A stretch of 64,000 nt of DNA, taken from Octopus sinensis. Taxonomy: Eukaryota. The stretch's first letter is position 1, and each line of letters starts with the position of its first letter. The notes under the pieces are model-generated. The model did not search any database, was not told where the DNA came from, and saw only the letters and a program-made list of their open reading frames with translations. Shown in pieces: positions 11,977 to 23,520 of the stretch. The translations under genes were made by a program, and so were the position numbers. Location: contig NC_043003.1 of the NCBI RefSeq assembly GCF_006345805.1, forward strand, positions 108,376,001-108,440,000, written 5' to 3'.

Positions 11977-13406
11977 TAGCAACAAACAAGATGAGGACAA
12001 ATATCCGTCGAATGTAAATAATGTAAATAATGTAAACTTTTCCAGCCCCCTTACCCCCGCTTGGATACAGAGTGTTGCTGGTGGAGGGAGGAGAAAATAA
12101 CTCATGTGAGCACCTGAACTCACAACACAATAATGTAAATATGCTGCAAAGAATGAAAGCCTGGAAATTCGTCCTAACAATGCTTTATTCTGTAGTGTTT
12201 TTATCATGACAGATTAACTGATTTTCTTTCAGTTTGACTGTTTTTAAATAGGCCTGTGTTTTTTCATGCTTGTTTTGGATTATATATATTGTATAGAAGT
12301 ACAGGTGTGGCCCCTTATATTTCTACTTTTTTATATTTCTACTTTTTTTTTCAAGTATTGTAGTTATATTTGTGGTTTTACCAGTAGGTGTTAAATGTAA
12401 GATTGGAAGCGAAATATGATGTTCCCAGGTTTATATCAGAACACAGTTTTAGGATTTCTGCAGATTTTACTTTTCCATTTATAAGTTGGCCACTCTGCAT
12501 CCTGAATCAGTATTGTTCATCTCAAGAATTTGTAAGCAGCAAACATAAGAATCATTTACGGCAAATGAAAGGATTGTTAGTGGCAAATTGGTAAGTTGAG
12601 TTTTCAATTTTATATTTTTATCAATCATTCAATTTATTTTCTTGCTACCCACTAAATTATAATGAGCAAACAAACACAGTTGTACCAGCAAAAATTCCGA
12701 AAGGAATGGCTTAAGAAGTCAACATTTACTAAGTGGTTGTGTGAAGTACCTAGTGACCAATCTAAAGCACATTGCAGATATTGTAGATGTAATATGTTGG
12801 CAAAATATTCTCTTTTAATAAGCCACTGTGAAGCAATGAAACATAAGGCATCAGCTCCATAGCAAATGATTCCTCTTACCAATTTTATTAAAACCAAAAA
12901 TGATAAAGACATCTCTGCTTGAAGCAAATTTAGCAATGTTCATTTGTTGCCGCTCATCATTTAATAACTGTGATCACTTAATAGAGTTATGTAAGAATTA
13001 TATGTCTGATAGTGATATTATGTCCAAGGTGACGTTGCATCGTACAAAATGTGCAAATATTGTGAGAAATGTTCTAGCTCCATATTTTGATGGAGATTTG
13101 ATTCCTGATATAGGAGATAGAAAATTTAGCCTGTTATTAGATGAATCCAAATGATATATCGATAAAAAGTTGTTAGGAATTGTTCTCATATATTACAGTG
13201 TCACTCACAAAAAAGTGGTACATACATATCTCAGTATGGTATCTTTTGAAACAGGTGATGCAGATGGCATTGTAGATACCTAAAAATATAATTAGCGAAA
13301 AAGAAATTAGATATAAAAAATTTACTGGCTACAGGAACCGACAATGCTAGATAATGATAGGAGTCAACAATGGTGTTTTCCAGAATATAAAAGAAGTTCC
13401 ATTATT

Positions 13407-13517
13407 CAGTTCTGTATTTAAGAGATGAGGAATTATGCACATTATTTACCTTTGACGTAAGTGGTTAAGAGCGCGGGCTATTAACCCCAAGATTCCGAGT
13501 TCGATTCCAGGCAGTGA

Positions 13518-13613
<96 letters not shown>

Positions 13614-13800
13614 GAAGAAGAACAAGAACAAGAACAAGAACAAGAAGAACAAGAACAACAACAACAACAACATCGAAAAATACTTTAGGAATGAGAACCC
13701 AGGTTCCAGACACCCGATGAAAGCTGGAGGGTATATCAGCCGAAACGTTGTGTTAACAACAAAGATGAGGACAAATATCCGTCGAATGTAAATAATTTAA
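13407..13800 (+). mobile_element. tRNA-head SINE with HHR-bearing tail, second copy
   Basis: Short inverted tail piece 13407-13449; full head with A box agtggttaag and B box gagttcgattcc; (AAT)/(GAT)/(AAC)n; tail matches 11914-12030. Interrupts the transposase between GVNNGVF and CVCHSL. Confidence 0.88.
13710..13753 (+). ncRNA. Hammerhead motif, mutated copy
   Basis: ACAC-CCGATGA-A-AGCTG/CAGCC-GAAACGTT-GTGT. U4 is changed to C and the stem II closing pair is mismatched; probably inactive. Confidence 0.55.
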
Positions 13801-16260
13801 ATAAAGCCCCATCATTACTTCTATTTAGATGTGTATGTCATTCTTTATAGTTGGCAGTATCCCACACTTGTGCTGAATGCCTGCCCATAAATTTAGAATT
13901 TTTAGTATCCGAAACCTATGTTCAACAAGACAAAGTACCTACAAACAACTTTACTTTGCTATCAATGATGAAGAGACTTCGAAGATTGCGAATTCTTTTA
14001 CAACTAGGTGACTGTCAATAGAACCAGCTGTAAATAGAATTTTAAGCCAATGGTTTGAATTACAAACTCACTTCCAAACTACAACTACAAAAGAAAAATG
14101 ATTTACAACATAAACGTTATATGAAATGTTTTGTGATTTTAGGAATGAACTTTACCTTTTATTTTTGCATCCAATTTTAAAACATGTCCAGGAGGTGAAT
14201 AAACTGTTTGAATCAAATACTGTCGACAAAACAAAATTACTTGAAGATCTTTCAAATTTGATCAAATCTGTTGCTAATATGATAGTGTTGCCAACATGTA
14301 GAATTGATCCTGATGCTTCTATTGAAATATTTCTGAATCCTAAACCAAATTTAGGCTACAGGTTCGAGAGAAAGATAGCAGAAATGATTATCAAGAAGAC
14401 TGTAACATCTGCCGAAGAAAATAATATTCACAAAAGAGAACTATAATTTTTACTCTGCCTTTATAAAGAGCTCAAGCACCGTTTACCAGAAAATATTAAT
14501 ATACTGAGGAATATAAAATGTTTTTCAGTAGAGAATATTTTGCAGCATTTCAAAGAGCCAATTTTACCTGTCTTAGAAGCAATGCATTTAAATGAAGAAA
14601 AAATTGCTTCAATTAAAATTCAGTTTAATAGCATTCATGTAGTTAAATGGACAAATACGTCTAATACTGGCTGGAAGTCTTGAAATATAATGATGCTACT
14701 GGAGGAAATCCTTTTAGAGATGTTGCAAATTTTGCCATTAGTTTACTGACATTGCCAAACTCAAATGCAGAAATTGAACGGTTGTTCAGTAGTATGGGTG
14801 TAATCAAATCAAAATTGAAAAACAAAATGCATCTTCCTATGCTTAGATTAATACTGTCTATAGAATATGGCCTGAAAAGATATGGCAAATGTTGCAAAAA
14901 CTTCGATATTCCAAAACACATAATTAACAAGACTGGGACCTTGAATGTATTCAGACGTCAAGACCAAGGCACTGCAACTGAAAGGGATCAAATCAGTGAA
15001 ATTCAAGAAATTATTTCTCAATGCTGAATATAATTAAAGTAAATAAAAACATAAATAAAAATTAAGCTTTTTGACATAATTAACTTTTAGCATTTTTTTT
15101 GGTATTTTTTCGACTGAATTTTGCGTAAAATTCTGATTTTAAGTCGACAACACTGGTGTCAACTATACCTTTACACAAACATACATACACGCACAATACA
15201 TATATGCATACATACATACATAAATGTGCGTGTATGTATGTATGTATGTATGTATGTATGTATGTATGTATGTTGTATGTATGTATGTATGTATGTATGT
15301 ATGTATGCATGTATGTATGTATGTATGTGTGTGTATGCATGTATGTATGTATGTATGTATGTATGTATGTATTTATGTATGTATGTATTTATGTATGTAT
15401 GTATGTATGTATGTATATATGTATGTATGTATGTATGTGTGTGTGTATGTATGCATGCATGTATGAATGGATGGATGGATCGATCGATCGATCGATCGAT
15501 CGATGGATCGATGGATATGGAGTAAATATATGTTGTAAATGTCTGTAAACGTTCTTTGTCTTGTCAAATGTTTCTCATCAGAATTTCATATTAAAAGATG
15601 CCAAGCTGCTTTTCAAAGAGCTTATCCAACTGATTAGCTGTGTTGCTGTACTTGTTGGAGATGCATTGGCATTTAAGGTACTTTGAGTCGAGAACGTACA
15701 ATTCGTTCATTAAAGAGACGTGGTGCTGCAATCCCTGATATTGCTGTCGCAAGACCAATTTTGTTCACATATCAAATTCTGGCAAATATTATTGGCAATA
15801 AGAAGCTTTTGCCGCTTCCTCGCAGAACAACAAGGCTAATTAGTTATATATATAATCCTAACTGATGTGACAATACATTTATGAACGAATGCTGCTTTGT
15901 ATTCATGGCAGAAAAGTCCATTATCTGTTTCAGCTTTTCCGTATCGTATTCCAACTCTCTTCTTATAAGATTCGGTTTGCGAGGTTGAACTACGCAAAGA
16001 TTAGGACATAAGAAATTCATACCTTTCTCACTATCAGACATTTTTTTCTGTGCCATTTGTTTTGCCATTTCCTAAAGTACCTCCTTATCTTACGAATCCT
16101 ATCAGTTAACTCTTATACTATATTACATTTTGACTTATTTTAAAACACCGGAGTAACGGTTCCAGAAAATCGTAAGCTTGTATGATCTGATATATACATA
16201 TACTGACATACATACATATATACGTATATTTATATATATGTATATATATGTATATATATG

Positions 16261-16327
<67 letters not shown>

Positions 16328-16502
16328 ATATATATAATAGTTATCGCCATACTAATATGGCATTCTTATAAAAATAAGAATAAAGCTGTCCGCTTATTAG
16401 CTCCATGAGGCCATCGCCTTAAGTTAGCTATTTGATACACAAACTGTATCCATATAACCTTCGAACAAGGGAGGTCAGTCGCTCCACACTACTTGACCGG
16501 CA

Positions 16503-16544
16503 GCTACAGACGCGTTTCGGGGTATTGCCCCTTTTCAATGCAGC
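16503..16544 (-). ncRNA. Same hammerhead in the inverted arm
   Basis: Exact reverse complement of 16659-16700. Confidence 0.78.
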
Positions 16545-16658
16545 GTAGTAATTTTAATATTTCTATTATTGAAAACAAGTGGATGTATTCCACCGAAGCT
16601 AGGTAAATAAAACCTTCGAACAGAGATTGTCAGAAGCGACACCTACTGGTCTGGCTAC

Positions 16659-16700
16659 GCTGCATTGAAAAGGGGCAATACCCCGAAACGCGTCTGTAGC
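16659..16700 (+). ncRNA. Minimal type I hammerhead ribozyme (U3-A8 covariant core)
   Basis: Stem I GCTGCA/TGTAGC, core TTGAAAA, stem II GGGG-caata-CCCC, GAAA, palindromic stem III ACGCGT, GUC triplet. Predicted cut after 16694. Confidence 0.8.
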
Positions 16701-18283
16701 TGCCGGTCAAGTAGTGTGGAGCGACTGACCTCCCTTGTTCGAAGGTTATATGGATACAGTTTGTGTATCAAATAGCTAACTTAAGGCGATGGCCTCATGG
16801 AGCTAATAAGCGGACAGCTTTATTCTTATTTTTATAAGAATGCCATATTAGTATGGCGATAACTATTATTTTCCGGGAACGCTGCCGTTGTTCTCTTTTA
16901 GAGAGACTTAGTAATTTTAATATTTCTATTATATATATATATATAATATATATATATATAGGAGCATTTATGTGTGTATATACACATATACATACATACA
17001 CATATATCTACATATACATATATTTATAGATATTATATATATTTATTACTTTATTATCATCTTATAATCATCTCATAATAATGACTTTTATGACTCATAT
17101 TACTACCTCAGTCAATCTAAATGTATATATTTGTCGTTACCTGTCATAAATAGCCTGTTTTCTATTTGCAAGGTGCATTTTCGTTGATTTTTCATATTTT
17201 ACCCTTACATTTCCACGTGTATTTTACATTTTCTTTTCGTAACATATTTCTACTATACAAACATATACATACATATTTATGTATGTATGTATGTATGTAT
17301 GTATGTTGTATGTATGTATGTATTATGTATGTATGTATGCATGTATGTATGTATGTATGTGTGTGTATGCATGTATGTATGTATGTATGTATGTATGTAT
17401 GTATTTATGTATGTATGTATTTATGTATGTATGTATGTATGTATGTATATATGTATGTATGTATGTATGTGTGTGTGTATGTATGCATGCATGTATGAAT
17501 GGATGGATGGATGGATCGATCGATCGATCGATCGATGGATCGATGGATATGGAGTAAATATATGTTGTAAATGTCTGTAAACGTTCTTTGTCTTGTCAAA
17601 TGTTTCTCATCAGAATTTCATATTAAAAGATGCCAAGCTGCTTTTCAAAGAGCTTATCCAACTGATTAGCTGTGTTGCTGTACTTGTTGGAGATGCATTG
17701 GCATTTAAGGTACTTTGAGTCGAGAACGTACAATTCGTTCATTAAAGAGACGTGGTGCTGCAATCCCTGATATTGCTGTCGCAAGACCAATTTTGTTCAC
17801 ATATCAAATTCTGGCAAATATTATTGGCAATAAGAAGCTTTTGCCGCTTCCTCGCAGAACAACAAGGCTAATTAGTTATATATATAATCCTAACTGATGT
17901 GACAATACATTTATGAACGAATGCTGCTTTGTATTCATGGCAGAAAAGTCCATTATCTGTTTCAGCTTTTCCGTATCGTATTCCAACTCTCTTCTTATAA
18001 GATTCGGTTTGCGAGGTTGAACTACGCAAAGATTAGGACATAAGAAATTCATACCTTTCTCACTATCAGACATTTTTTTCTGTGCCATTTGTTTTGCCAT
18101 TTCCTAAAGTACCTCCTTATCTTACGAATCCTATCAGTTAACTCTTATACTATATTACATTTTGACTTATTTTAAAACACCGAGTAACGGTTCCAGAAAA
18201 TCGTAAGCTTGTATGATCTGATATATACATATACTGACATACATACATATATACGTATATTTATATATGTATATATATGTATA

Positions 18284-18354
<71 letters not shown>

Positions 18355-18360
<6 letters not shown>

Positions 18361-18947
18361 GTTATCGCCATACTAATATGGCATTCTTATAAAAATAAGA
18401 ATAAAGCTGTCCGCTTATTAGCTCCATGAGGCCATCGCCTTAAGTTAGCTATTTGATACACAAACTGTATCCATATAACCTTCGAACAAGGGAGGTCAGT
18501 CGCTCCACACTACTTGACCGGCAGCTACAGACGCGTTTCGGGGTATTGCCCCTTTTCAATGCAGCGTAGTAATTTTAATATTTCTATTATTGAAAACAAG
18601 TGGATGTATTCCACCGAAGCTAGGTAAATAAAACCTTCGAACAGAGATTGTCAGAAGCGACACCTACTGGTCTGGCTACGCTGCATTGAAAAGGGGCAAT
18701 ACCCCGAAACGCGTCTGTAGCTGCCGGTCAAGTAGTGTGGAGCGACTGACCTCCCTTGTTCGAAGGTTATATGGATACAGTTTGTGTATCAAATAGCTAA
18801 CTTAAGGCGATGGCCTCATGGAGCTAATAAGCGGACAGCTTTATTCTTATTTTTATAAGAATGCCATATTAGTATGGCGATAACTATTATTTTCCGGGAA
18901 CGCTGCCGTTGTTCTCTTTTAGAGAGACTTAGTAATTTTAATATTTC

Positions 18948-18953
<6 letters not shown>
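18355..18953. mobile_element. Duplicate of the foldback HHR element (HHRs at 18680-18721 + and 18524-18565 -)
   Basis: Identical sequence at offset 2021 inside the tandem duplication. Confidence 0.88.
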
Positions 18954-18984
<31 letters not shown>

Positions 18985-19378
18985 AGCATTTATGTGTGTA
19001 TATACACATATACATACATACACATATATCTACATATACATATATTTATAGATATTATATATATTTATTACTTTATTATCATCTTATAATCATCTCATAA
19101 TAATGACTTTTATGACTCATATTACTACCTCAGTCAATCTAAATGTATATATTTGTCGTTACCTGTCATAAATAGCCTGTTTTCTATTTGCAAGGTGCAT
19201 TTTCGTTGATTTTTCATATTTTACCCTTACATTTCCACGTGTATTTTACATTTTCTTTTCGTAACATATTTCTACTATACAAACATATACATACATATTT
19301 ATGTATGTATGTATGTATGTATGTATGTTTGGATTTTTTACTCCGTCTTTCTTTTCTTTTGGACTTTCCTCGGTCTCT

Positions 19379-19415
19379 TGTTTCTGAAGAAGAGCTTTGC
19401 TCGAAACATAAAACA
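19379..19415 (+). ncRNA. Hammerhead motif in a short repeat (about 19330-19520)
   Basis: Stem I TGTTT/AAACA, core CTGAAGA, extra A, stem II GAGC-ttt-GCTC, then GAAACATA. The C15.2-A16.2 mismatch suggests a GAAACGTA ancestor. Confidence 0.6.
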
Positions 19416-20138
19416 CCCTTTCTTTCGTTCCCTGAACGCCTTATTAATACTTTTCATGTACCACGTCCTCGCATTGTTGTTTTTTCTTGCAGTCTTTTTC
19501 TCCGTTTTTTATTATTAATTATTTATATATATATATAAATACATCCATATACATACATCCATATACATACATCCATATACATATATATATACATATATAT
19601 ATAAACACATCTATACACACACATATATATATACATACATACATACCATGCATTATACATACATACATACATACATACATACATACATACATACATACGT
19701 TCGTACGTGCGTATGGATGGATGGATGGATGTGTGTATAAAAATTGCCGCAAACACTTGAAGAAGTGTCTTTATGAAAGGTGTTTGTTGCTTTTTCCATT
19801 ATCATTTTATTTCATTAATCTTCAGAATTAATCTTCAAACTTCGTCATCACTTTCCTGTCGTTCCATTCTTTTGCAAGCCTCTTATGTGGGTAAAACAAT
19901 TCATATACAATAATTCTTCAATCGACCAGGCTCATCGGTCCAGCCTTTTTTCTATAACAATATTCTCCGAAATCTAAACTCGTCTTTGTGAATATTCAGG
20001 TTATTACGTGAATCGTGACAATCATGTCACTTCAGACTAATTCTATTTTTAACAGCTTTAAATCTTTTCACAAACTTATTATTACACCATCTGTAATACT
20101 GAAAGATGTCCAAGAAAAGGAAATTATTCGCCTCTGTT

Positions 20139-20532
20139 ACTCTTTTACTTGTTTCAGTCATTTGACTGCGGCCATCCTGGAGTACCGCCTTTAGTTGAGC
20201 AAATCGACCCCAGGACTTATTCTTTGGAAGCCTAGTACTTATTCTATCGGTCTCTTTTGCCGAACCGCTAAGTTACGGAGACGTAAACACACCAGCATCG
20301 GTTGTCAAGCGATGTTGAGAGAATAAACACAGACACACAAACACACACACATATATATATACATATATACGACGGGCTTCTTTCAGTTTCCGTCTACCAA
20401 ATCCACTCACAAGGCTTTGGTCGGCCCGAGGCTATAGTAGAAGACAATTGCCCAAAGTGCCACGCAGTGGGACTGAACCCGGAACCATGTGGTTGGTAAG
20501 CAAGCTTCTTACCACACAGCCACTCCTGCGCC
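20139..20532 (-). mobile_element. tRNA-derived SINE, family A (head gcaggagtggctgtgtggtaag...), full length
   Basis: A/B boxes, internal (TA/CA) microsatellite and tail cagtcaaatgactgaaacaagtaaaagag. CpGs retained. Confidence 0.9.
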
Positions 20533-21292
20533 TGTAAAGCAATAATAATAAGCTGTAATGCAGTCAACTTAGTCATCGGTTGATACAGTTGTTTGGTTTG
20601 GCTAAAAAAAGAACTTGTGATCTGGATGTACAGTAAGCTTTCACTGGAGGATATCGCTTTTGCGGAGAAGACTCTTAATCTCCATTAAGCTTTGGAAACG
20701 CAAATATACGGCGTATTAACAAATGTTTGAATCTCATCTAAAGCCTGCTTCCACGAGAATATTTTTGCTTCTGTAATGAACTAATATAGTGTGAAGGAGT
20801 TTATTCATGCCGATACAGTGTAGCTGCTTCTTCAGGCAAGTTGAACTGGATGGAGAGACAGCCTTGTAATTCTGATGGCGGAAGTAGCGTGAGAAACTAA
20901 TGCCGAAAATTAATGCGATAAACAGCCACAAAATGCTTGGTAATTGAAAATTGCCGAACAAAGATGCATATGTCGTTATTGTGCCGGATAATACAACAAG
21001 AGTCTGAAGGCAAGCAGAGAGGAAGGAGAAAACGGATAAGAATAAAATTGAGACGAAAAGGAAAGGAGGAAATGGTGGAGAAAATAATATGTTTGTGAGT
21101 TGAACACCCAAACACATACACTAACACACACATACGCATATGCATACTTCCAAACACAGCTGTACATCTTCACACTATCGAACATGCGAGCGCAAACATA
21201 CGTCAACTCGCGGACGCACATACGTCTAACGTACACGAACGCACACACACATATTCGCCCATGCTTACACTCGTAACTAGATATGTACGTAG

Positions 21293-21336
<44 letters not shown>

Positions 21337-21599
21337 CACACACACACACATGGACACATGGGGTTGAATAAGCAAGCACCCTCTTTCAACACATGCACGT
21401 AAATGCATGTGTACGCATGTGTTAGATTTCCGAGCCGACGACAACGCATGAAATCTGGTATTGAAATTTGAGCGCCTATTTGACATTTTTGTCGTTTATC
21501 CTTTTCTTTCTCATAACAATTTTTTATTTAATAAATGCTTGCGACAAATATTTATTTACACATAAATAAACGAAATTATTTTTCTGATAATTGTCTTTT

Positions 21600-22300
21600 T
21601 CTTATTCATGCCTGTTTTACATGAATTTCACCTTGTTTCATCCACCAGCATGATCATCCACCATTTTAGTATAATTATACTGGCTTTGATATCTTCCATT
21701 AACTTAATGTCTTGGTACACCACCTTACTTTTCGCTGTACTTACTAGGTTTCTTGAAAGTAGTCAAGACGATAATGTAGAAACTGCATTTCCATATACTC
21801 ATCCTATATCTAAGATGTTGAAAGCTATCAATCATATTTTCAATTAAATGTATCTAATCTAGAGCTTTTGCGCTTTCAAGAAACTTTACAACAGCAAATT
21901 CAAATGTTTGCCAGGCTTCTAACTCACTTTCAGACATGCTGTTCTCAAAATTGCCAATTTTCTTCTGTTTGCAAATCAACAACAATGCCAGCTGGAAACT
22001 TGTGGCAAATGCATTTCAATGCTACTCTACTTTTATTAAAAGCTTTTGCAACAACAACGAAAAAGAATCAATACATCCCAACGTTATGTATGATGATAAC
22101 GGTAAAAGAACTTTGCGTGGCTCTACAAATGGAATTGTGATAGCATTTTTTAAATACTCACGAAACGTCAGTTCTAGCAGGGCATTTATTTGGAATGATA
22201 TGAGTGTGTCAGTCAAAATGTTACATATGCATGGGAAACATGGAAATTTTATATAACCTCTGCTGGAGTCCATTTTTAAAAACATGAATATTTTTTTCTG
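21600..22300 (-). pseudogene. Fossil DNA-transposase, Chapaev3/CMC-like
   Basis: Broken minus-strand readings GYIKFPCF, RKVLLP..ITLG, AKAFNKS..KCICHKFP, SMSESELEAWQTF..FL, FLHYRLDYF, YQDIKLME follow the order GYTKFPCFLC..PPLHIKLG..HFLHSHLD..HQDIK..ME. Family name is from recall. Confidence 0.65.
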
Positions 22301-22544
22301 TGACAAATTTCTGTAGAAATGAAAAAGAAAGAAAAAGTAAATAGCTCTGAACCTATGTATAAATGGACAGCAATTTTGAGGGGAAGAAATTAGCCGATGC
22401 CATTGACGCTAGTATTATTTAAAACGTACAGAGATTTTCTTAACTCATGTTGTGAGGATGTGTGGATGGGTATCGAGTATGTAACGATAGGTACTGTGTT
22501 ATTTGATTGCTGGGTGAACACGTGGGGTAAGTGCAATATGCGTT

Positions 22545-23520
22545 GCATTAGATTATCAGCTGGTTAGGGTGGTGGATTGGCTGGGGGTTGTTAGAGTGTC
22601 GAAATTAATTTGTGCGGTATCTGTTCGGGGTCTTTACATTCTAATTTCAATTCCCGCCGCGGTTAACATTACTTTTCATCCATCCGGACTCGATAAAATA
22701 AAGTACCAGTCAAGTATTGGCGTTGATGGTATCGAATTAATTGGCGGGAGAGGGTTACTCGATTACATCAAACTCAATACATGACTGATGCTTATTTTAT
22801 CGAACCCAAAAAGACTAAAAGCAAGGTCGACCTTGGTGACATTCGCACTCAGGTTGTAAAGACGGACGAAACGCTAAGCATTTTGTCCTCTATGCTAACG
22901 ATTCTGCCCGCTCGCTGCCTTTGAGTAACCTGCTATCAAGTCAAATTTTGGTACAATGTCAGAAGTTCGGAGGAAGAGTTAAGTCGATGACATCATCCCC
23001 AGTGCTATACTAGTACTTATTTTATGGACCCCGAAAGGATGAAAAGCAAAGTCAACCTCGGTGGAATTTGAGTTCAGAACACAAATACTGACGAAATCCT
23101 GCTCAGCATTTTGCCCGACTTTCTAACGATTTTGCCAGCTCTCCGCCTTTGACTGGCCTAATATCAAGAAAGTTCCGCAGTCATAAAAAATGGTGGAAAC
23201 ACTCAGATAACTATCTTGGCCGGTGAACTGGCAGAGTCGTTAGAACGTCGGAAAAAAAGTTTATAATAGCGGTATTTGTTCCGGCTCTTAGTTCAATTCC
23301 TCCGAGGTTAACTTCATTTTTCGTCGTTTCATGATCGACAAATTAAAGTACTAGGATCGACATAATCGATTAAGCTCCCTGCCGTTAAAATTACTGATCT
23401 TTGCCTAAAAAGGGGAACTATTATTTAGTCGTATGTACAGTTAGATTTGAACTCATAACCGAGAAGATCGAATCCAAATACTGCTCGTTAGGACCAAACC
23501 TTCACTTCTTCGACCACATT
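22545..23520. mobile_element. Cluster of 4-5 family-B SINE copies or fragments in both orientations
   Basis: Repeated catcc.tt(c/t)ggggtcgataaa..aagtacc body and gagttcaaattcc B boxes at about 22545-22750(+), 22790-22922(-), 22975-23150(-), 23215-23400(+). Confidence 0.8.

Larger units (their letters stand above)
8593..12035 (+). mobile_element. tRNA-head SINE with HHR-bearing PLE-like tail and upstream inverted tail copy, split by a LINE insertion in its (AAT)n
   Basis: Inverted tail 8593-8730, tRNA-like head tagtggttaagagcgcaggctactaaccc 8731-8760, (AAT)n, LINE, (AAT)n, forward tail 11914-12035. Same family as 13407-13800. Confidence 0.8.
12662..15027 (+). pseudogene. hAT transposase pseudogene
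   Basis: Zn-finger YQQKFRKEW..WL..AHCRYC..H; LHRTKC and FSLLLDES (first catalytic D); CVCHSL (CxxH); LLTLPNSNAEIERLFS (catalytic E / dimerisation region). Broken by stops, frameshifts and a SINE at 13407-13800. Confidence 0.9.
8285..15155 (+). mobile_element. hAT DNA transposon, full-length outline (about 3.0 kb without nested inserts)
   Basis: Imperfect TIRs CAGGGTTGCCAATTTAG / CAGTGTTGTCGACTTAA, perfect 8-bp TSD GTGTCAAC (8277-8284, 15156-15163), and repeated subterminal TTTAGCA motifs. Confidence 0.92.
16334..16932. mobile_element. Foldback HHR element (retrozyme/PLE-like): 215-bp inverted arms plus a 363-nt unit with 24-nt terminal direct repeat
   Basis: Arms 16334-16548 and 16655-16869 are reverse complements. 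TAGTAATTTTAATATTTCTATTAT repeats at 16546 and 16909. Flanked by (TA)n on both sides. Confidence 0.88.
15275..19329. repeat. Near-identical tandem duplication of about 2.03 kb (15275-17307 and 17308-19329)
   Basis: Identical ORFs at offsets 2032 and 2022. Copies differ visibly only in microsatellite lengths, and all three boundaries fall at (TATG)nTATGTT. Confidence 0.95.

Noticed and set aside
16334-16869. Interpretation of the foldbacks (16.3k, 25.0k, 37.0k) as ordinary MITEs
   Set aside because: Arms are asymmetric in extent, contain or adjoin HHR folds, and show no transposase-type TIR ends; a PLE-type origin fits better. Not excluded without a genome-wide survey.
20734-21117. 127-aa minus-strand ORF behind a strong polypyrimidine/CAG acceptor at 21004
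   Set aside because: No partner donor or recognisable protein; insufficient support for a coding exon.
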